From Dugesia japonica (lineage: Eukaryota): a stretch of 34,556 nucleotides of DNA. Position numbers and translations under genes: made by a program. The notes below the pieces were generated by a model. It saw only the letters and a list, made by a program, of their open reading frames with translations, ran no database searches and was not told where the DNA came from. Shown here in pieces: positions 1-12,556 of the stretch (the first letter of the stretch is position 1; every line of letters starts with the position of its first letter). The stretch is from NCBI GenBank assembly GCA_001938525.1, contig MQRL01642759.1, forward strand, positions 1-34,556. Reading direction: 5' to 3'.

Positions 1-1297
1 ATTGAACATTTTATTTATTTTATTTTATAATTCATTGAATTTGTTTTATTTTTATTGTAAAGTTTAATTTTATAAAAGATTTTATTTTCGAACAATTATT
101 TTTGTGAAAAAGGTTTAAATAAATGAAAAATTTTATTATAAATGTAAAGTTGTTTTTTGAAAATTATGGTGTAGGTGTATCAAACCTACCAGTGTAAAAT
201 CAGTATAAATACTGATCGGTTTTCATTGTAAATCAGACATTTTCATTTGCAAAGACTCTGACCTCTAAGGGAAGCAGTACATAAAAATTTATAGTCAATA
301 CATTACAATTATAAACCATCACACTAAATTCTACACCAATACATAATGACTTTAAAGTCTACACATAAAATTAAAATCCACAATACTAAAACTACATGAA
401 AGTTATTAAAAAGTTATATAAAAGTAATTTATAATTTTCAAACATTACAAAGAAATCATGAAAAACTTTCAAGAACTTGCTAGAAATTGGTAAGAATAGC
501 AAAAAAAATAATAATGGTTTCACCTCAATTTATACAAGGCTCATCATGGAAAACTCTCACTTTATCATAGAAAATAGTTGAATTATCACAGAATATACAG
601 GTTTTCTCATTTAAATTTACACATTATCATTGAAAATACTGCTTTATCATAGACCATAAATAAACATCAACTAGCAAGTACAACAATGTTATCTTTGATC
701 ATTTTCACTATTAAAAATGTATTAGATTTGAAATTGCAATTTAAAGTTCAGAAGCTTAAAACATTTATATAATTGAAAATTTATCAACTCGAAATTATTA
801 AGTTTAAAATTATTTATACGCCACTGAAAATTTGTGCATGCAAAGTCGTTCATGCGAAGTAAATTTAAAAGTAACTTTACTTCATCGGATAATTTATGTC
901 AAAACTCAATTCCATTGAAAATTTATTCACACAACAAATCTATATCCAACAATATTTCTTTATTCTAACAAACTAAAATTCCTTGTTTCAAGTGGTGATC
1001 ATTTTTCAAATTATTTAAAATTCATTTAATGGTTATTAAAATTTCTACTTTATTATTAAATCGTCATGTAAAATTTAAAACAAAATACTTACATACAATT
1101 TAAATTTTTTGAAATAAAAGATTTTAAGAAAAATGATTACCAACGACACAAAAATATCAATTCGCTTTTCAAAACATACTCACAACTACAATACAGCCAA
1201 CTTCCTTGTTTGTTTTAATTTGTGAGAATTTTTAAAGCTTCATTGACTAGCCTTTAATCTTTATTTGATTGCTATTGAATGTCTCCCCAGTTTCACA

Positions 1298-1690
1298 AAA
1301 GCGTAAACAGCTATCGCTTCATGACAAACTGAAAATTATTAAAAACTTCACATTATCGAGAAGAAATTTCAAGCATCTGTTGGATCAAATTAATCTACTT
1401 AAGGAGAGATCCTGAAAAGCAAAGAGCTTATTACCAGGAATTTCAACTTGGCAGGTGCAGTGATCGAAAGCCATTTAGAACACTTAAATACAAAGATGTT
1501 CACGAAACTGTGTTTCTATGATTTCAAGAAATGCGATCGTAATATAATGCCGTTTGATAAGCCTCTGTTACTCATCAAAGCCTCTGATTTTTCTAAACAG
1601 TTTGGTTTTGCCAAAATTTAAGTAAATGTATATGGGCTTGAAAAATACGAAGCTCAATATGAAATTTTATGGAAAAGCGTGGTTGGGGAT
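1298..1690 (+). mobile_element. Degenerate pogo/Tigger (CENP-B-type HTH) transposase remnant
   Basis: Frameshifted, stop-containing translation gives KRKQLSLHDKLKIIK, ST*GEILKSKE, RTLKYKDVHETVFL*FQEMRS and LLLIKASDF. These match the psq/CENP-B HTH blocks of Tigger/pogo transposases. Boundaries approximate; no TIRs found. Confidence 0.7.
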
Positions 1691-2235
1691 GACATACATT
1701 AAAATACAGAATATTTTATAGCAGCTAATTCTTTTTAAAGATTTTTATAATTGATCTATGTAAAATCAAATTACTCTCCAAACAGTCTCACATTATTTGT
1801 ATCGGCAGATTAATATAGAGATTATACTGGGGTTTGGCTATAATAATATAATAATAATAATATAATAATATTAATATAAAATAATACACATCATTAAACT
1901 TAATATTTGTTTTCAGAGTGATAATAATCGTAACTCTAAAGAAGAACCTATCAAGATAATAAAGTAATCAACTTTAAAACATCAGAAATTAAGAACATCC
2001 AAAAAAACATTTGAAAACTAAAAATGAAAGATTAGATATGAACAGGTTTAGTGGTTGAAGATAAGAACAAAGATAAAAGGTAGAAGAACGAAAAAAGAAA
2101 TATATATAGACTGTAAGATTTGAAAGTATTTGAAAGTGTAAATACATAAAGAAATATACTTAAATCTAAAAGTTTATAGTTTAAGATATTGAAATTAAAA
2201 ATAAAACGTATATAATGACTTTATTGATTTATATA

Positions 2236-2930
2236 AAGGGTGCGCAAAATGTCCTTGGACTTTGTAAATACATATTTAAAAATGATTAATAACCGGAAAT
2301 AAAAAAGTAAAATAGTAAAAACATAAAACAATGCATAAAATTCTATTTAAGCAAACTCATTTTCAAAAATTCCTACATTTATTTTGATACGGGCTTGAAG
2401 GCGTCTAGGAAACTGGTCTATCGTGGCGCACACTGTTTTCTCACCGATTTCGTTCCATACTTTTACCAAATCACGTTTTAATGAGTTGACATAATTATGG
2501 GACTTAACTCTGAAGAATTCACCATATCGCATAGTCCAGAGGGTTCAAATTTACCGAATATGGTGGCCATTTCTGAGAGATTACACAATCCGGAAAATTG
2601 TCCTCGCAAAATTTTTGGTTTATTTCTGCTTCATGAGCTGGTGCAGAATCCTGTTGGAAAATCTAATTATCGTTCAGATAACTTTGTTTGAATTGTTTTA
2701 AATTATTTTTTAATTATTAATTTTATTTTGATTATGTAATACAATGATAATTATGCAATTACTTTCCTTGCTGCACATTTTTTAAAAATCCTATATTAAA
2801 TAAACAAAATAAATAAAATGATAAAGAATTAAGTAAGGAATAAATAAATATAAAAAATTTTACGTTTGATTAATATTTTACTAGAAAAGTATTTAATCAA
2901 ACTTAGTCCAAGGACTTTTTTCGCACCCTG
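2236..2930 (-). mobile_element. Internally deleted Tc1/mariner element, maT (DD37D)-like, with both TIRs
   Basis: TIRs: AAGGGTGCGCAAAATGTCCTTGGACT (2236-2261) and AGTCCAAGGACTTTTTTCGCACCCTG (2905-2930), flanked by TA at 2234-2235 and 2931-2932. Minus strand encodes FQQDSAPAH...WPPYSVNLNPLDYAIW*ILQS...SLKRDLVKVWNEI...IDQFPRRLQARI, the catalytic C-terminal half of a maT-type transposase with stops. Confidence 0.9.
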
Positions 2931-3949
2931 TAGAATATGAAAAACAAAAAGTAATAATATAATAGTAAAAATATATGGGAAATACATAAGAATACGATTT
3001 TGCAGACATGGGACAAAATAATGCCAAAATAAGGATATAGGTACATATATACATGCATTTTACGATCATATATTATGTTTTGAATCAATCTAGCAATTTT
3101 TTTAGACGAATTTGAAATCGATAGCTTGCTATAGAATATTCTACAGATGAGCAATCAATAATTATATAAACAATTAATTAAAATAAGTATTTATAATAAG
3201 TACTTATTTAAAGAAATTTAAATTAAAGAAAAAATAAAAAATAATAGGAAGTCAATCATATTAATTATCGACATAAAGTATTGAAATTTAAACTGGATAT
3301 TTGAGATAAAATATGATATTAAATTATGATGCTGTTTTATAAAAGAATAATTTGAAGATAAATATTGAGAATGTTGAAAAAATTTGTAGCAAAATTACGA
3401 ATCAATATTTGTTAGTGAATTTTTTTCAATTGATTTGTTATTAATAATTTATTGATCTATTCAATTTATTCATCGATTTTGATAAGCAATTCATTTCGAT
3501 TGATCAATTGATTTTTATATTTCTATTGATTATCAAGAAAGATTTCATATAAATTGAAATATTTATTAAAATAGGAATTCAAACAAAAATGATGATTAAA
3601 AAATGAAACTTTTTAAATATTTATTTTATTAAAATTGCACAATCAATTCCTTTAAATAATGTCAAGATAATTATTAAACTGTAAATAAATGTTATAAATT
3701 AAAACAAATATTTTAAATTCTAACAGTTTTCAAGATTCAAATTACATTAACGTAAAAAAATTAACTAAGAATTTCACGTTGTGACCAATCTCAGAAATTA
3801 TTTGAAGAATGCATCCAAAATATGTGTTGATGATGAAGTAATTATGTCAAAAATATTCAGACAACACAAGATTTGTCTATGAATTCGGATAATATTTTCC
3901 AGCACCGATCATATGCTGGATAATGAATTGAACCTTGATTTAATTTTGC

Positions 3950-3957
3950 TATATAAA
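3950..3957 (+). promoter_or_regulatory. Candidate TATA box of cathepsin L
   Basis: TATATAAA just before the N gap (3964-4008) that must hold the cathepsin start codon. The AT-rich background lowers specificity. Confidence 0.45.
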
Positions 3958-4009
3958 CCGAGCNNNNNNNNNNNNNNNNNNNNNNNNNNNNNNNNNNNNN
4001 NNNNNNNNT

Positions 4010-5231
4010 CTATTGTTAGTAGCAATTCAGGCTGTTCCACATTCATTCTCAATAGATTCTCAACTCAATGAAGAATGGGAAATCTACAAACTCAAATTCA
4101 ACAAGAAATATGATTCATTGAATGAATTGAGACGTAGAATAATTTGGGAAGAAAATCTTAAATATATTCAACAACACAATCTCGAATATGATCTTGGAAA
4201 ACATTCCTACAATCTCGGATTGAATAAATTTGCGGATTTGACAAATGAAGAGTTTAAATCTCGACTATTAGCAAACAAACGAATGGGAAGAAATGCGACT
4301 GGTTCTAATTTTTTAGCTCTACAAAATAATAAATATTTACCACCATCTGTCGATTGGAGAACGCAAGGATATGTAACACCTGTTAAAGATCAAGTAACAA
4401 AACTAATATTATTATTATTATTATTATTATTATTTATTATTATTATTATTATTATTCTTATTATTATTATTATCGATATTCGTTATAGGAGTTATGTGGA
4501 TCTTGCTGGGCATTTTCAGCTACAGGATCTTTAGAAGGTCAGTATAAACGTAAAACTGGTACACTTATCAGCTTTTCCGAACAACAATTAGTTGACTGTA
4601 GTCAAAGTTTTGGCAATAATGGATGTTATGGAGGCATGATGGAAGATGCTTTTAAGTATGTTACATCACGTGGTATTGAAAGAGAAAGAAGCTATCCATA
4701 CAAGGGAAATGTAGACATATTGTTTGAAAACAAATATTATTGATTAAGTTTGTAATGATAGACTGGAAACTGTTTATATGATAATTCAAAGGTAGTTGCT
4801 AAATGCTTGGGTTATGCTTATAATCATGAAAGAAATGAAATAATATTAGCCCAAGCTGTTGCTAGTATAGGACCAATTTCAGTTGGTATAGATGCCGGCC
4901 ATATATCATTTCAATTTTATCAGTTTGATCTTGATATTTTATATTGAAATCATTTAATTTTCATTCAGAAGTGGCATATATGATGAACCTAATTGTTCGG
5001 CAGAGGAACTTGACCATGGTGTTCTCATAGTGGGATATGGAAGCACAAATGATAGAAATTTCTGGATTGTTAAGAATAGGTTTGATATTTATTTCATTGA
5101 TCATATTTGATTGACAAACCTTTGGGTTTAGTTGGGGTTTGAGTTGGGGAATGGCTGGTTATATTGAAATGTCAAAAGATAAAAACAATCAATGCGGTAT
5201 CGCAACAGCAGCCAGTTATCCATTGTTCTAA
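4010..5231 (+). CDS. CTSL: Cathepsin L-like papain-family (C1A) cysteine protease; start codon hidden in N gap
   Basis: Exons <4010-4393, 4489-4710, 4762-4922, 4969-5079, 5132-5231; GT-AG introns of 95, 51, 46 and 52 bp give one open frame. I29 prodomain with ERFNIN-type motif ([19 protein letters not shown]) and GLNKFAD; mature LPPSVDWR; catalytic Q..CGSCW, LDHG, WIVKNSWG; ends [18 protein letters not shown] at 5279-5284. Confidence 0.96.
4407..4473. repeat. (ATT)n microsatellite in cathepsin L intron 1
   Basis: Run of TTA/ATT triplets between donor 4394 and acceptor 4488. Confidence 0.9.
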
Positions 5232-7453
5232 TAATTCTATTTAAATATTTTTATCGGTGCTTTGAGCACAATTTCATAAATAAATATAATTATTAAATGA
5301 ATTGCATAAATTTCTTATAATATTTAAAATGACCTTACCGATTTCTATTGTAATTTTAAACTTAAATTTTTAGACTTTTATAGACTGCAGAAAAATGAAT
5401 TTTTGCATTTCTGTTAAACTAATTTAAATGAACAACTTTAATTTACTAAACGTATTTTCACTTATAATTTTATTTTTGCTCCTGGTTCTTAATCAATTAA
5501 AACATAAACCAAATGATTCGTCCTATTTTATGAAACTCTCAGATTTTCTACATTTTACCTCTACAAATAAATTTCCATATCGTGTTTAAAACTTTGATTT
5601 CAATTTGTTTTAATACAATATCTGGCATTTTTATCTCACTATAAGTTTTTTTTATTAATAATATTTGATAAATATTTTGAAACAAAACCAAGTATTCATG
5701 CATAACTTCCGCAAGGAAATCATCAAATATGTCGATAATACAAAAGAGGAAAGAAATTTATAAAGAAAATTAATAGTAAAAAGCAACTTAAATGTATGGT
5801 TGGAGGAATTATAGAAAAAAATGTAATAAGAAATTAATAAGAAAAAAACGATAAACAAAAATAATAAATAGGGTTTTCCCTAGTTGGTTTTGATCGTTAG
5901 ACGGACTCGGGGGAACACTAACCCTCTAGTGTAGCCCTTTGAAGAATTTGATCTAGTTTCCAAGGCTGAATTTTCAAAATAAGATCAGTGATTCACAATA
6001 CGCGGTTTGAGTGCATGCCTATATTTCTTTAGTTTGGGACTAAGTAATTGGATTAAGTAGTAAGATATTACATTTTATTGATTATAGCACTAAGGTCAGC
6101 CATCAGTTCGTTGATGGCGCAGTCCGGTAGTATTAACGTCAAATAAAAACACGATGCCTTGTTTATCTCATGTTTGGCGCTTTCAGTGTTAGCTCGGTTC
6201 TGTTTGACTTGAATCTAGTGTTCGATATAATACAGTAAGAATTTAGTTTCCAAGTAAAGTCGCCGAATGTGATCTCGGACTTCGTCTATTCAAACCTTTC
6301 ACAAACGTTTCACCTTCTACAGGTACCACTCTTTGGATCTAATCCCTTATCATAGCCTGAACACACAGTGAGCTAGTTTTGACGAAACCTCTAGGTCATT
6401 GACGTTGCTTATCCAGTTATGGTCTATTCCTTGAAATTTTAAAATTAAAACGCATATCATAGATTAACAGTATTGTTGGTAAAATGTCATAAGTTGTATA
6501 TACATATCACTCTTGTGATTATCAACTACAAACTCTGCCCAAATTATTAGTATTTATCTATAGCTATCCAACAACTACAAGGAAATAAATATTTTCTTTA
6601 TTAATATACAACTCATTATTGTATTATACATATACATTATTTTTTAAGGTCATCTTAAGAATTCAGAAACGATTAGCTTAATATTATGTATTGTATTGCA
6701 CTCCATAACACCAGGAATAATCATAATCAAAACACTTTAACCGTTGATAACATGTTCATTATTATTTTAAAGTTCAATATTATAAAGAAAGAAATAATAA
6801 TTGGGAATTTAAACCAATAGAAATGTAGTAAAACAATTATAATTATACAATTAGTACTGTTTACCATAAATTTATATAACTGTTTATCTTTGTTAATTGT
6901 AAATAAAAAATAAATCTGAAATTAACAGTTGTAATTTCGTAAATAAATCATCTTTAGAAGAATTGCCTAACATGGAGACAGTGGTAAAATGTAAAGGATT
7001 TAGTAAAAAGATTATTTACAGATAAAGATTTTTCAGAGGAAAAATGATGGCAAAGATACTAATATATTGGGCAGATAACAAAAAGTTAAAGAAGAGGTTA
7101 CTGTGAAGAAACTATAGAATATGTAAGAAATTGAAGAAACAATGACATTGCTATATTGAATAGAGAAAATAAAGAGATCAAGTTGATGCAGTTAAAACTT
7201 ACGCCAGAGTTACAAGTTGAAATTGTCATAAATAAGCCATCATACATTGAGTAGAAATGTGGATCAAAGGAAGGAATAACCAAATATCGAATGCTGGCAA
7301 TGTCATAAGATCTGTCATAATAAACAAAATTATCCGACAGAAAAAGTGGTAGAGTATTAGATTTGTCATAAAAAAAAGAACATACGAGTATATGTCGAAT
7401 TTTTCAAGAGAAATGACCAACAAAATTCATTGGTTATGGAAAAGTATGTCTTT

Positions 7454-7846
7454 ACGTTTCTCCAAAATCTTTTATCTTAAAAAACAAGTTTTTCTGGAAT
7501 TTTTTTCTCAAGAACCTTTTTTACAAAAATATTTATTATCTAAAAACAGAAAATGAATTATTAAAATTTTCAAAATATTTTGTTCTTATAATAATTATAA
7601 TAAGTAGTGCTGTTAAATTTATTACAGAATAAAATATTAGGTTTAATTTTATCTTATCTCAAATTTTATTTATAAAATTACTCAATTTAATTATATTGTT
7701 TTTCAAATAAATGAAATTTTTTTATTATAAAATTTTAATATTTTGTATTTTTTTCTGGGAAATAAACAGTTTTTTGAAAAAAAAGATTCCAAAGAAAAGT
7801 GTTTCTTGAAAGAAAAGATTCTTGAGGAAAAAAATTGGAGAAACGT
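7454..7846. mobile_element. Foldback/MITE-like insertion nested in gypsy gag, bounded by ACGT
   Basis: Ends ACGTTTCTCCAA (7454-7465) and TTGGAGAAACGT (7835-7846), plus long imperfect inverted arms made of short internal repeats. Removing the insert and one ACGT restores the gag frame KYVFTCWNPEKVGH. Confidence 0.8.
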
Positions 7847-8801
7847 GTTGGAATCCTGAAAAAGTGGGCCACATTAAAGACTGTGTCAAAAGGTGAGGTG
7901 TAAACAATGTAGAAATGGTATGCATAGGGCAAAGAAGTGCTACCCTAATTTGAAAAGGAAAAAAACAACTGAAAACGTTTGGACTACTGGAGGTTTAGGA
8001 AACCAATATAATCGAATACATACGATTTCAGACGAAAACGACAATATAAACGATAGATATGAGAAAGCCTCTGAAAGTGATTTAGTAAAGTAGTACCAAA
8101 AAAAGACAGGACTCCATTAGTATAGGAATTAATCAGAGCCATCCATAGAATTGATTGACTGAATTAAGGGGCCAAAAAGTGGGATGATATCGGGAAAGTT
8201 ACAGATTCTTAAGGTTCTTAAAGAGAAAAAATTCTGTAGATGATAGAAATATATAATACATTAGAACAATTGAAGCAGAACAGAAAACAAATATGTTGTA
8301 CCTTAAATTTCAAGGCAGACCAAGTGTACGGGATCAATTCAAAGGATTAAAGTTGAAAGGCATTTTGATACAGGGCTTGAATTAACGTTAAGAGTTTGAT
8401 TTTTTTTCATAAATTACGAGAACTACATTTATAAAGAGCAACGAAAGATTATGTTGTGCAAACTATAGTACACTTAAAATTATTGTGAAAGTTAGAACTA
8501 GAGTGACGATTGATGAAGTTTGCAATGAGATTTTTTTCTTATTTGCAAAAATAGTGACACCATATGTGATAAATGGAATAGATATGAAGAAGACGTATCA
8601 GCTTGTACGGGAACTGGACAGTAAAACTAATGAAAAGTTGAAAATTACATATGTAATATTGGAGTAAAATTTTGAAGACAAATTAAAAAGGAAAAGCGAT
8701 TTACAAGGGCATTAAATAATAATTAAAAATGATCAACGGATATCGAAAATAATTGCAAATAAAGAAGATATTTTCATGACAGATAAATTTAATGTAGGAG
8801 C

Positions 8802-8948
8802 TATCTCAAATTTTATTTAGAAAATTAATCAATTTAATTATATTGTTTTTCAAATAAATGAAATTTTTTTATTATAAAATTTTAATATTTTGTATTTTTT
8901 CTGGGAAATAAACAGTTTTTTGAAAAAAAAGATTCTAAAGAAAAGTGT
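8802..8948 (+). repeat. Near-identical copy of an internal MITE segment (7656-7803) inserted in gypsy pol
   Basis: TATCTCAAATTTTATTTA...AAAGAAAAGTGT occurs at both sites with only a few differences. The copy interrupts DKFNVGA|LTKHKIVTSSEP. Confidence 0.85.
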
Positions 8949-11900
8949 CTGACGAAACACAAAATAGTCACAAGTAGTGAACCAATCAATGTAAAACCGC
9001 ATAGGCAACCAATGAAGTTAAACGCTAAAATTGAAGAAGCTATTCAAAACCTTTATGAGAATAATATTATCCGAAAATGCAACTCTCTATGAAATACTCC
9101 ATTGATTTGTGTTTGGAAAAATAAAATGAAGAACATAAGAATGCTTGAATTGCAGATAATTGAATGTCGTAACAACAAGACAAGCCTTTCTTATTCTTAA
9201 CATCGATTAAATATTGGACAGGTTAGATATTTCAGTTTAATAGTTTTGGAAGTAAAATTTAATATTCATACAATGAAACGTCAGTATTTATTTGTTGAAT
9301 TATTTAAGTCGACAAAACATTGCAAGTAAATTGTCTTGCATGGTTTAGTAGCGCTATTCGTGTTGAGGGAGAACACCCCGAAATAGAAAGTGAAGAGGAA
9401 ATCGATGACGAAGCCCAGATAAAAAATAAGATGCAGCTCTAGGAATAGATTAGTGACGACAAAGATTAAATTCGAAAGCAGTCTAAATACAAGGAGAAAT
9501 CATCAAAAAACAACTTATATCAAATTAGAACTAAGCGAGCAAAAATAGAAGGAAATTACAGAGACATAAGTAAAATACGAAGAAGAAACAAAGGGAATAA
9601 TAATATAACGAAAGAAGGAAACACTCTTTAAATATAGCTGATATTAAACACTTGGTATATATTCCAAGATTTTATGACATTTTTCATTGGCCTATCTTCG
9701 AATATTTCTTTAACTCTGATGTAAAAGGTTTATTATGTCACTATTATAAACAAAATGTCATCTCTTAAGCTTAATTCTTCGAATTTTCTTATTTTTCTTT
9801 GGCATTTTGTTCTGAAGATTTTAATTTACGACGAACAAAACATAATTAATTTTTTATTTGTCAATTTCTTATTCTTCATTATTTAAAATTAATTCTAGGT
9901 ACATTTGCCTATTTTCCTTAACTTCACTCAAATTATTTCTAATTGTAATTTATTTATTTGATTTTCTGCTTAAATAATGTTTTTTGGACTTATTGGCTGC
10001 TAGGTACTAACACCTTGGCATACGGCCTGATTCATTTTAATTGCGAAATTTTCTCCCACAAAAAAATAATAAATTAACAGAACAAATCCTAAAAATAATA
10101 CGAAAAATAAAATAATAAAACAGTTTTCAAAAACAAAAATATAAAACTATTTTTACATAAAAAATTTAATTAAAATTAGGATCAATAAAATCTGGAAACT
10201 CATTAAGATTATTCGAAATTAATGCCAAGTTAATAATCTCAAAAAAGAATTATATTCTCAAAAGTAATAATTTTATTAAGACAATACTAATTATAAAAGA
10301 TGTTTTTTATCCTTTTTAATACTTTCCTTTTTTATACAATATCATGCATCTTCATTTGAATTTATCTTTCGATTGACTCCATTCCATACACATTTGTTTA
10401 TCTTTATATTATCAGAAATAACAAATAAATATTTCTTTCTATCAAAAACGTAAATTTAACAATGATAATCAATATAATTTGCTTTTACGACTTCAATTTG
10501 AAGCTATAATTATTTACAATCAAAGTAAAGCTGTATTTATTGACAAGTAATTTTTGTTAGTACCAGTGAAGCATTGCTGGCCCTGTTATGAGTTCTGAAA
10601 TGGTTTAAATATTGTAATTGTTGTTTTAAGCAATGTTATTTTTCGCATTTGCTTTTATAGCAGCTCTTTCACTCGTGAATTATGATTGACTGTCTATGAT
10701 ACGATAGTTAATGCAGTCATCTCAGGCTAATAGTTACGCAGTTCAGGTACCTAAAAAACAATTATATTTTTAAATTCAATAAAACAAAAATGACTTTGTA
10801 TTCCATGTTACTTGTTTTAAAGAAGTAGACCATATTTCTCAAACTCACTGGGGTAGACATAAATTACACATCAAAATTATAAATTGTGAAAACCACACGT
10901 TTCTGAAATTCAAATTTAAAGAAATTGCAGAGGTGCACGGTCATGCATAACTATTGCAAGAATAATTCTTGAACTTGAGTATTGATTGCATGTAAGAGTT
11001 CATCAAATTAAAACCTTCGATCAAAATATTGTTTTGTATCTTTTCATTTCCTATTTATAATTATCCGAATTTTTGAATAGTCTTCTTCGGAAATTTAACA
11101 ATTTGACATGGCAGGCCGTGTGTTGGCCAGGCCTGCTCTATACGTTATATATTAAGATATAAGACACACTTATCACGTATCGACAATCAAAGAATTAGAT
11201 TTTAAATTCTAAAATTAAAGCAATTGTTGATTTATCTTTGCAAAATCNNNNNNNNNNNNNNNNNNNNNNNNNNNNNNNNNNNNNNNNNNNNNNNNNNNNN
11301 NNNAAATTTATCTTCTCCAAAATTGAATTTAGATATAATTGTGAATGAAATAGATTTCCTATATTCGATGAAGGTAATTGTACCTGATGGATGTTTGAGT
11401 AACACATTTTCCAGAAAATGAGACTATTAATATCTCGTTAAATTCTTGAAATGTTCCTTACGGGCTATTCTTAGTTCATAGGGAACTGAAATCATTAAAA
11501 TAGGCAAAAAATCTATCCACTTGTAAAAGTTCAACATAAAATAAGACAATAATCACCATAAATACAAACAATAATAGAATACCCAATACAAACTTAGTAG
11601 AGCAAGTTAAATTTTAGACAAAGGAATTATTGGAGATAACTTGGCAAACAACAAATTGATTTGACACTATTAGAACAAATATTTTAAACAAGAGGTCAGA
11701 AAGACAGTTTTCCTTTATAATTTTATAAATGACGGATATAATGTAGCCACCATCAATTTTATTTTCAAGAAGGACATAGTGATAAACATACTATTTTTTA
11801 AACAGAACTCAATTCTACTTCAACACAAACTTTTGTTACGTTGCTTTTATTTAACCCATTAACGTCCGCTGTAAATGCAATCTTGCGTGTCTTCTTATGA

Positions 11901-12556
11901 TTATTATGAAAGTAATTCATTTCAACACTATATATGATACTGATGAACTATGAAAACATGTAATATACCAGTAGTGCATAAATAAATGTCATTGTTTATA
12001 AATTGTGTTGTGAATAGTAAACAGGATTATTCAGATTTATATTGTTTTCACTGAGAAATAATATAAATTGGTGTTTTATTATTGCCTATAATTAAAACAA
12101 AATATAATAGTGGCGATATTTTTTTATGCTAGGTTATATTTTGTTTTATTTTTTGAATTTTTTTACATAAGCCATTTTGTTTAAATAAATAGTAATTAAC
12201 ATTATTTTCATTTATGGTTATTTAAAAATTATTTTACAATTACAATTATTGCTAGAATAATTGTTGGACATAACTATTGATGGTTTTATAGCTTTTATAT
12301 TAAATGAATTTGAAAATTAGTACGAATTAATTTTCTCTATTTGAATCACTTAATTGGTTATCTAATTTGTATTAAATCATGTAAAAACATGATTGAGAGT
12401 ATTTTAGTATTTTGAGAGAATCATTAGTGATAGTGACTAAAAATTCATTATCCAATTGTATGAGAACTGAGTTGTTAAAATGAGAAACTGGAACAGTGAA
12501 AAATAAAAATTGAATCAAAAATATTTCTTATTGGGTGAAAATATATCGACAAAGGA

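Larger units (their letters stand above)
6881..9600 (+). mobile_element. Degenerate Ty3/gypsy LTR retrotransposon (gag zinc knuckles, protease, RT N-terminus)
   Basis: ...TAACA|TGGAGACAGTGGT at 6973 resembles an LTR end plus tRNA-Leu-like PBS. Zinc knuckles TCWNPEKVGHIKDC and CKQCRNGMHRAKKC (7843-7940). Protease-like ..FDTG.. near 8365. RT N-terminus PINVKPHRQPMKLNAKIEEAIQNLYENNIIRKCNSL*NTPLICVWK...NIRM (8980-9145). Many stops and frameshifts; outer limits approximate. Confidence 0.85.

Noticed and set aside
165-220. Small hairpins GTAGGT..ACCTAC and ATCAGTAT..ATACTGAT
   Set aside because: Short, with no associated feature; plausible by chance.
4394-4534. Hydrophobic poly-Leu/Ile 'transmembrane' tail on ORF 4013-4534
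   Set aside because: Read-through into an (ATT)n intron; splicing 4394-4488 restores the catalytic QxxCGSCW motif.
11851-11870. piggyBac-like end TTAA|CCCATTAACGTCC
   Set aside because: No convincing partner end or transposase; the best inverted match (GGACGTTAA, ~12582) lies inside a TSEN34 exon.
11938-11958. CTGATGA...GAAA as a hammerhead core
   Set aside because: No stem II or stem I pairing and no family tail.
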